Source: the human T2T-CHM13v2.0 reference genome, Homo sapiens
Assembly: GCF_009914755.1 (NCBI RefSeq)
Contig: NC_060926.1
Reading direction: 5' to 3' (one strand)
DNA: 64,000 nucleotides
In this document: one piece after another, positions 1-12,710 of the stretch
Numbering within the stretch: position 1 is the stretch's first letter
Layout: each line of letters opens with the position of its first letter
Made by a program: the position numbers and the translations under genes
The notes under the pieces: generated by a model
Told to the model about the DNA's origin: nothing
Seen by the model: only the letters and a program-made list of their open reading frames with translations
Database searches by the model: none

Positions 1-850
<850 letters not shown>

Positions 851-1329
851 TTTTAAATGTCTCTCCTCCCTTCTCCCTTGTCTGCACCAGATTAAGAATG
901 TGTTCAGGGTCAAAAATGTGTTGCTTATGAGCTTCACTCCTCGAGCTCTTACCCCTGAGGTGGTCTGCTCACCCCTGAGCTGGTCTGCTCTCTTAGGTGT
1001 TTCAGGAGAAACTCGCCTGCTGAAGCAGTGAGGTGCCCTGAACGCTAGGCGACCAGCCTATTATGAGAGTTCCCTGGAGGAGCTATTACAACTTAAGTGT
1101 TTTCCTGTTGATGGTGAAGCTCTTTGGAACCACTACATGTCATGAGGAATCTCCTCTGACCCTTCCGCAAGATTCTTTGTCACTTAAAAATACCTGAGGT
1201 CCGGGCTGGTGGGCGCAAGCATCCTTTATATTTGGAGCAATTTTTATCTCTGTTGCTCTTATATAGAATGTAAAGGATTGGTGCAGACAAAGGAGTTTTG
1301 AAAAGAAAAACACTCAGCTAGTCAAAGAA

Positions 1330-2258
1330 ACCACCGCAAGGTGGTCAAGCTATAGCTTGGTTTTATACGTTTTAGGGAAACATAAGACATCTGTCAGTAC
1401 ATGTAACATGTACTTTGGATCAGTCTAGAAAGGTGGGACAACTTGAAGCTCCAGGGCAGAGTTGGGACTTCCAGGTCATAGCTGCATTCAAAGATTTTCT
1501 GACTGGCAATTGGTTGAAATAATTATTATCTACAGACCTGGAATCAATAGAAGGGAATGTTTGGGTGAAGATAAGGGGTTATGGAGACCAAGGTTCTTAT
1601 TTATGCAGATGAAGCTTTTAGGTAGCAGGTGTCAGAATAGATTGTAAATGTTTCTTATCAGACTTAAAAAGTGCCAGAGTCTTAATTAATTCTCCCCTGG
1701 GTCAAGGAAAAGACCTGGAAAGGGAAGGGGATTCTTTACAGAATGTAGATTTTTTTCCCTACAAGAGACAGCTTTACTGGGCTATTTCAAAATATGTCAA
1801 AGAAATACATTTTAGGGTAAAATACAGTTTCTTTCAGGACCTGCTGTCATGTGATTCTATACTAGGATCAGGTTGGAATTTGGTGTCTTATTGCTACAAA
1901 TAGTTTGTTTTGTTCATCTTAAGATCTGTTTTAGCTGGGAGTGGTGGCTCATGCCAGTAATCTTAACACTTTGGGAGGCTGAGGTGTGAGGATTGCTTGA
2001 GCTCAGTTCGAGACCAGCCTGAGCAACATAGTGAGACCCTATTTCTAAAAAAAGATTAAGAACAAAAATCTGTTTTAATGTTAATGCTTGTCAGTTGTGC
2101 CTGAATTCCAAAGGGAAGATGGTATAATGAGGCATATCTGACTCCCCTTTCCCATCATGACCTGAACTTGATTTTCAGGTTTTCTTTGGAATGCACCTGG
2201 CTGAGAGTAGAGGTCCATCAGTCAGTTGGGAGGCATAGAATTTTGTTTTTGGTTTACA
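1330..2258 (-). mobile_element. MER4-group ERV1 LTR (MER4B/D-like)
   Basis: Minus-strand start TGTAAACCAAAAACAAAATTCT...CCCAACTGACTGATGGACC at 2258; 1335-1480 is similar to the MER4A1 LTRs at 7289 and 13748. Left boundary approximate. Confidence 0.7.
1934..2063 (+). mobile_element. FLAM-type Alu monomer inserted in the LTR
   Basis: Single left arm with A-rich tail; TSD-like aagatctgtttta / aaaatctgtttta. Confidence 0.8.
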
Positions 2259-2848
2259 ATGAATATAGGGTAAAAAGTTAACCAGTATGCAGGTGTCTCA
2301 GGATCTGGAGAGAAATGATTGATTTTCTCCTGCATTTGTGCTTCATCTGATAGGCAAGAAGGTTACAATCAGCACATGTTAGTGAAATGTTTGGCAAATT
2401 CCAGCCTTGCAAGTGAGAGTTCATCTTTAATTCATAGGCCTAGTTTCTTTTACCTGTGTGTTCAACCTGCAGCTATCTTGAGCTGCTTTTAAAATTCTTT
2501 CAGATTTTCTTTTTCTGACAACTTTAGGTAATTGTAATTCTGAATGGATAAATGGAAGATGAACATTTGCTTATTCTTTACCTTGCTCTCACAGTTCACC
2601 CTCCCTCTCCTCTCCTAATTGTCCCAGTACAGTTACTTTTTAGTTAGGTTTTACTTGTTTTTTACAGAATTGTAACTGTGCAAGAACCACACAGTGTGTT
2701 ATGTATGATTACTTTTCCTTGCCTGCCCAATATTTTGTTTTCCCCAAAGTGGTGAAATCTGTTTTTTCCAGCACAGTGGGTATCCCACTTCATCAATTTC
2801 ATCTGCTTTGTGAAGGCTGTTTGGGTCATCCGGGATGGTCAACTGTAA

Positions 2849-3156
<308 letters not shown>

Positions 3157-3174
3157 GACGTTTTGGATGTCTGA

Positions 3175-3177
3175 ATA

Positions 3178-3208
<31 letters not shown>

Positions 3209-3211
3209 TTT
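3175..3211. repeat. (TA)n / poly-T microsatellite
   Basis: Directly visible. Confidence 0.9.
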
Positions 3212-3228
3212 CAAGCTACGAGTAGGCC

Positions 3229-3401
3229 TTTTTTTTTTTTTTTTTTTTTTTTTGAGACAGTGTCTTCTCACTGTCACCCACGCTGGAGTGCAGTGGTGCA
3301 ATCTCAGTTCACTGCAGCCTTGACCCCTTGGCCTCTAGCCATCCTCCCACCTCAGCCTCCTGAATAGCTGGAATACAAATGTGTGCCTCCACACCTGGCT
3401 A
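3229..3401 (-). mobile_element. AluJ-type right-arm fragment
   Basis: Poly-T followed by 'gagacagtgtct...cactgcagccttgacc...cctcccacctcagcctcc'. Confidence 0.8.
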
Positions 3402-4230
3402 AGAAAATATCTTTATGCGACTTTTCCTCAGTCATCATTTGACTCTACAGAGCACTATGTTAAATACTTTCTCAGGAATTTTGTAGGCATTTCTCTGTTG
3501 TCTTCTGGTTTTTAATTTGCTGTTGAGGAGGTAGATACCCTTCTGATTTGTGATCCTTTGTATGAAATCTATTTTTAATTCTCTAAGGACTCACGTACCG
3601 TTTTATTATCATGTTTTTCTCCAGCATTCTGAAAACACCATGATGTGTCTCTTGGTATGGATCTATTTTCGTCCAGTGTGCTGGGCACTTGCTGGGACAG
3701 CTCATCATGCGTATTCACACTCTGCAATTTTGGGAATATTTTCCCTATTGTTTATTTCATTTTTCTTCCCTCTGTTTTTTCTGGTTCATCTTTCTGGGAC
3801 CCTTCTTGTGACTTTGGTGCTTGTGGACAGTCTTATTTTGTCCCTTTGCTTCATTTTTAGCTTTGCCTTTTTCTGACCCTTTTATTGAGCTTTCTTTGTT
3901 CTCATGTGTTCAGTTTCTAATAGCTCTTTTTTGTTTGTTTTCTGAAAATTTTTCGTAGTAGGATCTTGTTCTTGTTTTATGGTTAATTTTTTTTTTTTTC
4001 AATTTCTTCACTGAGGATGTTAATGATTTTTTGTTTAAGGGACTTCTTCTTGTACAGGTTTCCTCAGTTGTTTTTTCCAGTTCATGGGAGGTACACTTCA
4101 CAGTAAAATTCACTCCTTTTAAGTACAATTTTTAGTTTTGACAAGCACAGTCATGTAACAACCAACACAATGAAAATATTGTTGGATTGTTTGGTCTATT
4201 AAATTATGTCTGTTTTCTATCTGCTCATTT

Positions 4231-4546
4231 TTTGTTTTTTTGTTTGTTTGTTTGTTTGTTTTTTAGATGGAGTTTCACTCTGTCGCCCAGGATGGAGTGC
4301 AGTGGCGCGATCTGGGCTCACTGCAACCTCCGCCTCCTGGGTTCAAGTGATTCTCTTGTCTCAGCCTCCAAGTAGCTGGGATTACAGGCACCTGCCACCA
4401 CACCCGGCTAATTTTTTTGTATTTCTAGTAGAGACAGTGTTTCACCATGTTGGCCAGGCTGGTCTCGAACTCCTGGCCTCAAGTGATCTGCCCGCCTTGG
4501 CTTCCCAAAATGCTGGGATTACAGATGTGAGCCACTGTGCCTGGCC
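4231..4546 (-). mobile_element. AluS SINE
   Basis: Full dimer, (TTTG)n tail; TSD-like ctatctgctcattt / ctgtctgctccttt. Confidence 0.9.
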
Positions 4547-5106
4547 CCTGTCTGCTCCTTTGAAGAGTGCTGGGCTACCTGATGGTCAGCCAGCTCTCAA
4601 GATGAGGATTGTCTGTCAGGCCATTACCTTGGGGAACTCCTGATGTCAGATCATTTGTCTTTCCCCTGGCTGGTCAGATGTCCTAGAGAAGGCTGCCCCA
4701 TTTCTTTTTGGGAGGGGTATGCATGGCTACCCATGGCCTGGGAGTCAAGTAGGTAAAGAGGACTAGAAGATGTCTGTCAGTATTCTGGATGTAAACTTGC
4801 TTTTAATTCTCTTGTTTTCAACACAATACCTGTGGTAGATGAGAGAAAGTGCAGCATCTCCTGAACCTGGGCATGAACATGTGACTTGTTTGTCAGCCAC
4901 CGAGTTCTGGGATAGCTGCTGTTCAGCAATAGCTCACTGATAGGGTACCCTTGTCCTCAAATGTGCTTGGCCACTCAATCCTAAGACCAGCGTTTGACCT
5001 TCTCTAGAGAATCAGCATGCTGTTTTGGGAGTACAGAGGGAGGATTAGAGGTATAACAAGTTTTAAATTAGCCTTTCAACCAGTCTTCTCTTTTTTTTAC
5101 TCCTAC

Positions 5107-5711
5107 TGTAACCACACAATAGGTTCGTCACTTAATGCACACAGCAAGTCAATACGCAGAGACACTGGTTTGTAGCAGAGAAAGGTTTAACCATAGGGCC
5201 ACCAATCAAGGAGACAAGAGGAATCCTCAAATCCGTCTCCCTGAGTAGTTGGGGGCTGGGGATTTTAAGGGTTTTGGAATGGGTTGAAGTGTGGAGATGA
5301 TTGGAAAGAGTGCAGGGTGAAGTCAAGGGACAGGAGAGGAAGAAACAGTATTCTCATGCTGATTTTGTTCCTCTTCGGGGGGAAGGGAGGCTTCAAACTG
5401 GTTGATGTCAACTCTTCAGCTGGAATTCAGGATCTGAAAAAATCATAAGCAATTCTTAAAAGCCTTATGATTCTAATTAATGTCAGAGATCCCATCTATA
5501 AGAACAATGGGGGATGCAATTAATTCTTAAAAGCCCATGACTCTAATGTCAGAAATTCTATCTATAGGAACAGTGAGGATACAAGTGATCAGTATCTAGA
5601 GCTACATGACTTTTGGTTACAAGGAAGTGGGCCAAAGTGCAGCCTGATTAATGCTTAATTATAACTATATTTTTGTTCAGAATTCTTGTTAACCCTGTGA
5701 GGTTGGCTTCA
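5107..5711 (-). mobile_element. ERV1 solo LTR (LTR8/LTR26-related; subfamily tentative)
   Basis: TG...CA termini; internal ~65-bp duplication (aattcttaaaagcc...tctata.gaaca) near 5451 and 5522. Confidence 0.65.
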
Positions 5712-5951
5712 CATCCTGGACTTGAAAATATCACTGCTTCCTGAAACTTTTGGGACGTTCTGTGGTATTTTAGTTACTTCTTAGCTTTCTTTAGTACTGG
5801 CCTAGGTTTTTTGTTTCTTATTCCTGCATTTACCGTTGTCCATCAGTGTTCCAGCTTTTAAAATTCGTTGCTATTTTCTCCTCTTTCATGAGGTTTATTC
5901 CTTTAAGAAAAAATCCTTTATTGTAGTTTCAGAGAGGTTTTGAGAAGGAGC

Positions 5952-6542
5952 TGTGAAAGGAAAATAAATCTTGGGCCCCCAAATCACTAAGCCAAGGGAA
6001 AAGTCAAGCTGGGAACTATGTCAGGCAAATCTGCCTCCTATTTTCTTTCCAAATAAGAGCTACAAAATTAAAAAGCTACATACCTCCCTCAAAATTTGCC
6101 CACAAGGAACTTCCTTGTGGACAAAAGACAGAACTCAAAGTCATCCCTCTGAGGCTCACCTGAGACAAATCCATATCTGATTGCTTCCTCTACCCTATTG
6201 TTTATGTACAAATGCAGATACTGAGCTAGACTAAATTGTGTATTCAGTGGATAGCCGCTTGAGGACTCAAAAGAATGCAGTCTTTTGTCTATTATCTACT
6301 TATGACCCGGAAGACCCCTTCCCCGCCTCAAGTTGTCCTGCCTTATCAGACTGAACCTAGGTACATCTGATACATATTGATTGATGTCTCATGTCTCCCT
6401 AAAACGTGTAAAAGCAAGCTGTACCCCAACCACCTTGGGACACATATCAGGACCTCCTGAGTCTCTGTCACAGGCACATCCTTAACCTTGGCAAAATAAA
6501 CTTTCTAAATTGATTGTGACCTGTCTCAGATACAGGTTTACA
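5952..6542 (+). mobile_element. MER4A-type solo LTR
   Basis: Starts TGTGAAAGGAAAATAAATCTTGGG, ends TTTACA; AATAAA at 6495-6500; perfect 4-bp TSD GAGC (5948-5951, 6543-6546). Confidence 0.88.
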
Positions 6543-9500
6543 GAGCTGAGCTAAATGCAGGTGTTCAAACTGCCATCTTTACCTGGAAGTTTGATCCTGT
6601 GTTTTTAAAATAGCACTCCTCACCCAACTGAGTTTTATGGTGATAATTGATAACAGTGTATCCAGACTGGAAAATGCTGGCCCATTCCGGTTAACTGTGT
6701 GGAGGAGTCATTGAGAGTTCACAGGGCCTTTTAAAATTCACTTGTTCAGGTTACTTTTTTTCCCACTCAAACGTAAACTTATTTTTGTGTTAAGTTTAGC
6801 CAGATACAGTCTCTGGAAATGGTTGAAAGGAAGTCAAAATATTTTTTGGGGGCCAAGAGAAAAACTCCCCCTTTGCCCTCTGAAGATTCACTGAAAATTA
6901 CTGACAAAAGGCATACAAATGTGTTTGATCATTGTTTTATGTGGCACAAATGCCTTCAGAATGCAGATCCAAAGATCAGAGGAAACTCTCCATTTTTATG
7001 CTTAGGTTCAGCAAAGTATGGACAGCCATGTAGAGATACGATTGGACAAAAAGGATATGATTTAATGCTAGTAGATACAGACTGAGTTGAGAAACCCAGC
7101 AAGACCCTCGGTTTAGATCCTTCCTGGTCTCTCTGCAGCACTCCCTCCTTGGTATGGGGCAGAATGGTCTTTGGAATGGGGGTCTTATGACCTACAGTCA
7201 GACAAAATAGGCGAGATAATTTCTTTATGTCCAGTTTTGGCATAGAAAGATTAGGGAGGGAGGAGGTTAGAGTAATATTGTTAAATTTTGTGAACCCCCA
7301 AAATGTGAGATAGGTCCCAGGTAATTTAGAAAGTTTATATTGCCAAAGTTGAGGACATGTGCCTGTGACACACCTCAGGAGGTCCTGACGATATGTGCCC
7401 AAGGTGGTCAGAGCACAGTTTGGTTTTATACCTTTTAGGGAGACATGAGACATCAGTCAACATATGCAAGATGAACATTGGTTTGGTCTGGAAAGGCGGG
7501 ACAACTCGAAGCAAAGGCGGGAAGACTTGAAGCAGGGAGGGAGCTTCCAGGTCATAGGTAAATAAGAGACAAATGGTTGCATTCTTTTGAGTTTCTGATT
7601 AGCCTCTCCAAAAGAGGCAATCAGATATGCATTTATCGCAGTGAGCAGAGGGGTGACTTTGAATAGAATGAGAGGCAGGTTTGCCCTAAGCAGTTCCCAG
7701 CTTGAGTGATTTTGGGGCCCCAAGATTTATTTTCCTTTTACATTTCCCCCCTTTCTTTTAAAAAATCTTTTGGAGAAAGTATTTTAGAAGAAAATGAGTC
7801 TCTGGCTTCAGGTTTCTTCTGATCTCTCATGGCTAGGATTGTTTATTCCTAGACAGGTAGTTCCTGAGTTATTAGGAAAGTTCATTTTTAGCAGGTCGTG
7901 AAGTCTCATGTCCTGTGAAGAGAAAATAGGGGGAGGAAGGGAGAAAAGCAACAACAAACAAAAGAACAATCCTGGAAAATTGATATAGGCCACATTACTC
8001 TAAAGTCCATACATTAGTAGACAGGTATGAAAGTGGCTTATGTATGTAAATAGGTTGCTGTTGTTTGCTTCTGAAGTTTAAGTTGTCTAGCTTCAGTTTG
8101 CAGGGCTTTGTGAAAGCACAGCTTAGTTTTTGGTGACTCCAAATTCGGAACAGTGGGGAAAAAAGAAGGAAAAAAACCCCTGAAAACATTATTTTGCAGG
8201 GTTGTAGCCAAGAAAAATTAGAATTTGGTTCAAATTTTAGAAAATAATAAAATTGAAAAACATAGGCAAGACTAGAATCTAACAACAGGTGTGCTATAGT
8301 TTTTGAAACAATTTTTCTCTAGTTTCCCATTTTTACTAAAGACAAATCATGGTAGGACTGATTTGCTTTATCATACTTGGCCTTATTATTTGTATACAGT
8401 GCAGCAAGAATAATAATTACTTTTTTTACACAGGCTTTTAAATTGGCTTTGATGGAACTTTGTTCCATAGAAGGAATCTCAGATAAGACTCCTTTTTTAA
8501 AGCCGAGCCCAGCCATTATGGATTTGTACCATCAAATACTATGAGTTGGGTGAATTCCTTTCCTCTTGAGGTTCCAAGATAAACTTGGGCCTCCTAGGCC
8601 TGTCAGAAAGTGACATTCTTTACTTACCACAGCTCAGGAATCCTGTACAGGGACTGCATAGACAAAGGTGTAAGGTCAGTTTTTCCAAGGGGCTCCATAA
8701 GTCAGTTTGATTTCTTTATGGAAGACACACCATTCAAGTTAAAGCCTTGGTAAAATAACCAGTTTCTTTAATTGTGCCCCATTACGAATGAAAACAGATT
8801 CTTATTGCACTTATGCAAATAACTGTATTGTCATAAGGTAAGAATAGTCACAAATACTCCCCAAGTTTTATAGAAATCAGGTAGAGAAAAACAAATATGC
8901 CCCAAATTTGGTTCATAAGAGTATACTTTACTAAATTGTTAAAAGCTATAAATAGCTTAAAAGAAGTTTTTTTGACTCTGAAAAATAAAAGAAAGGATCA
9001 GCAACGTCTTAAGCAAAACGTTAAAAAGATTACTTCAGACTTCTATTAGTTTAGTCCCTGCAGTTAATTACTGTTCTGCTTGATATTCATGAATATTTCA
9101 GCTCTCTGAGTCCTGAAAGTTTTTCCTTTATTCTGATGTTACAATCTCTAAAGTTGTGAGAAACTTGTATTCAAGAGCACCTGTTAAGAGTTTTATAGCT
9201 GATTATAAAGCCACCTTCTAAAGAGGACCAAACAAGACAACAATTGTCATGGATGACAAAAAGTTTTAGGGCAGCTATAGTCAAGACACAGTTGACAAGG
9301 AGATTTGTTACCTCTGTAGCACATAGTAATTTAACATAACAATTATAATTATTACTGATAACATACATTAAGTCATATCAGAATTATAGGAGTTTCCCAT
9401 AATTTTGGAACACATACCAATAACATTTATACAAATACAGCCCAGAGAAAAGCAAACACCATTTCATATTTGACAATGCTTCCTGTATAATTTTTATACC

Positions 9501-10734
9501 AAATAAGCCAAATTATGTCATTGTTTTAGATTTTAGGGAACCTGGTATCTTAAAGGATTAATTAGGTCAGAAAAAGACATAATTTATAATTTGATTTTGG
9601 AAATATTGTCAAATATCAAAGGTTTAAAACACTTGATATCACAAAAGAGGATCACAGGTCATTGTAAAATAAGTCATTCATTTAACCAAAGTGATAACCT
9701 AAGGATTTAAAAAAGAAAAAGTCAAAAACCTTCATTTTTTGAGAGAGGAGACTTAATTTGCCAAACAATAAGCCCTAATCAAAACATGAAGCTAATTAAA
9801 TTTGTTTTCCAAAATGTATAAACAATTTATAAAATTTTAATCTTGAACATAAGATATAACTTACATAAGTCTTTTATAGACTTTATAACCTTTATTAAGG
9901 AGTCGGTTAATGCCTCAAGATAACCTTGTTAATCTGACCCAGGTGCCCATATGCTGGTCTTGCATCAGTGTGCTTTTGACATTAATGTTTGATTTATAGT
10001 GAAACTGAACTTATTTTATCTCTCAAAATTGGCCCTTACAATCTCACACACCCACCTGTTCCACAGTAGTCCCTTGGCGTTGAGGAGTTGAATAGCTTTA
10101 ATTTCTGGCCTGTGTCTCAGGAATGCAGTTTATTTTGATTGGCATCTTCTATGGGGCCTGATGATGAGGCTTTAATTACTGTCAGTATTTAAGATTTTAC
10201 AGGACTTGGTATCCTTCTCAGACCCAAGAGTCAAAGCCCTGTAACTTAATGTTACAAGAACTTCAAAAGCACATACAAAAAGATACGTGGATGTAATAAC
10301 CTTAATTTAAAAAAAAATTTGTCTCAGTTTTTTTTCGTAAGCAAATCAAAACTTAATGCCATAGGAATTATTTCCATAAAACGTAAAATCTGTTAGGCCA
10401 GTTACCAAAAGGCAAAAGGAAAGACCTTCTGCAGTGTACAGAATATTATGTTGGAAGAAAACATTTCCTTTAGACCTTTAAGAAATTATTGTTAGCATCA
10501 GGCCACAACAAATGGAACTTGAGGGGAAAAAAACTTATATGAGCTGAAAATGAGTTGGAGAACATTATTACTTTGCTCCTTTTAAAAGGGGAGAAAAAAC
10601 TGAAAATGGTGAGATGTAATAAATGTCAAACTTCTAAAACAAAATTAAAAAATAATTTAAATTATTTTAAAATACATTATTAAATATAGTTTAAATATAT
10701 ATTATTTAAATATATAGAAATATATTTAATAGTT

Positions 10735-11455
10735 ATGAGATACCATCTCACACTGGTTAGAATGGCTATCATTAAAAAGTCAGGAAACAACAGATGCTGG
10801 AGAGGATGTGGAGAAATAGGAATGCTTTTACACTGTTGGTGAGAGTGTAAATTAGTTCAACCATTGTGGAAGACAGTGTGGCAATTCCTCAAGGATCTAG
10901 AACCAGAAATACCATTTCACCCAGCAATCCCATTACTGGGTATATACCCAAAGGATTATAAATCACTGTACTATAAAGACACATGCACACGTATGTTTAT
11001 TGCAGCACTATTCACAATAGCAAAGACTTGGAACCAGCCCAAATGCCCATCAATAATAGACTGGATAAAGAAAATGTGGCACATATACACCTTGGAATAC
11101 TATGCAATCATAAAAAAGGATGAGTTCATGTCCTTTGCAGGGACATGGATGAAGCTGGAAACCATCATTCTTAGCAAACTAACACAAGAACAGAAAACCA
11201 GACACTGCATGTTCTCACTCATAAGTGGGAGTTGAACAATGAGAACACATGGATACAGGGAGGGGAACATCACACACTGGGGCCTGTCAGGGGGTGAGGG
11301 GCTAGGGGAGGAATAGCATTAGGAGAAATACCTAATGTAGATGATGGGTGGATGGGTACAGCAAACCACCGTGGCATGTATATACCTATGTAGCAAAACT
11401 GCACGTTCTGCACATATATTCCAGAACTTAAAGTATAATTTAAAAAAAAGAAAAT
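10735..11455 (+). mobile_element. 5'-truncated L1PA 3' end inserted in MER4-int
   Basis: ORF2 C-terminal peptide (ORF 10864..11235, ...TWMKLETIILSKL...), L1 3'UTR with G-rich tract and A tail. Confidence 0.92.
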
Positions 11456-11616
11456 AAATTTAATAATTATACTTTAATACTTATAAATATATTACTAATA
11501 TAATCATATTTAATATAATTAGTATAATATAAAATACAACATATTAGTATATTGTTTTATTATTATAATTAATATATGTTAATATAAAACATAATAGATA
11601 TATTTTAGATATATAT

Positions 11617-11619
<3 letters not shown>

Positions 11620-11651
<32 letters not shown>

Positions 11652-11660
11652 CCCCCCCCA
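11620..11660. repeat. (CA)n plus poly-C microsatellite within AT-rich low-complexity sequence
   Basis: Directly visible. Confidence 0.9.
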
Positions 11661-11667
11661 CATGCAC

Positions 11668-11801
11668 ACATGTTTTTTGCAGCACTATTCACAATAGCAA
11701 AGACTTGGAACCAGCCCAAATGCCCATCAGTGATAGACTGGATAAAGAAAATGTGGTGCATATACACCATGGAATGCAGCCATAAAAAAGGATGAGTTCA
11801 T
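11668..11801 (+). mobile_element. Second short L1 ORF2 fragment, a copy of about 10990-11129
   Basis: Shares 'tgcagcactattcacaatagcaaagacttggaaccagcccaaatgcccatca' exactly with the adjacent L1. Confidence 0.85.
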
Positions 11802-12551
11802 ATATATTATATAATTATAATTATGTATTGAAACATATATTAATAGCAAATATATCTTTAAATACATATATTTATTTAAAAACATAATTAAAATCTCTAA
11901 TAATTTATTAAGAGTAGATCCCTTAAGAAATCAATCCCTTACTGTTCTAATAAATTCTTTAGTATATAAATGGTTTTTTTTAAATATCAAACCCAATCTC
12001 CAGAAAGACCATTATAATTTGTGTTTAATTATAGACAGCTTGATCTATAAAAGTTTTTTTTTTTTTTTTAATCCTTTTATTGTGCCTTAGACTCTTCATG
12101 ACGTGCTTGGACTTTCTGGTTTGTCCTGAACATACCTCTTTCTTAAACAACCAGTCATTTTATTCTAGGCCCAAATTAACCATACAAGATTTTTTCTCAT
12201 ACAAAATTATTTCTCTTTAAGCTTTTTCACCAAAAAAACCCTTTTTTTTTATAGCTTTCTTTACATCTCTCTTATTTTGTGGTTCCTTTTACAACTTGTT
12301 TTATACATAACCTTTAAAAAAGCTTTGAACCAAACAAAAATTGTTCACCTTTTTAAGGACACTTATTTTTGAAAGAATATTTTCCTACAATATATTTTTA
12401 TTGGAAAATACCCAAATAATAAAATATCTATAATTTAACTTTAGATTCTAAATTATGACAAGTTTGTCTACAAGTATTTATCCCATTACATTTACTTATT
12501 TTAATTGTTTAGATTATTTATGAAAAGTTTGATAGTCATTATTTAAAGTTA

Positions 12552-12710
12552 TGAAACTTTCCATTGCAAAATTCGGAGACAGTGAAGAAGATAGGACCTA
12601 ACGGACTCCATCTTGCTTCTAACCTTTACGGTGTCCTTGTTCATTCCTGGTCTTTGGGAGGAACTTAGTTTGTAGTTTAGCTTTGAAACAAAGACGTAAC
12701 AGTCCTTTGT
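12552..12710 (+). mobile_element. LTR8-like 5' fragment inside MER4-int, opposite orientation
   Basis: TGAAAC...TTGCAAAATT...GACTCCATCTTGCTTCTAACC...GGGAGGAACTTAGTTT matches the recalled LTR8 5' end. Confidence 0.7.

Noticed and set aside
10864-11235. 123-aa ORF, similar to ORFs at 28300..28488 and 49826..50149
   Set aside because: L1 ORF2 C-terminal remnants.
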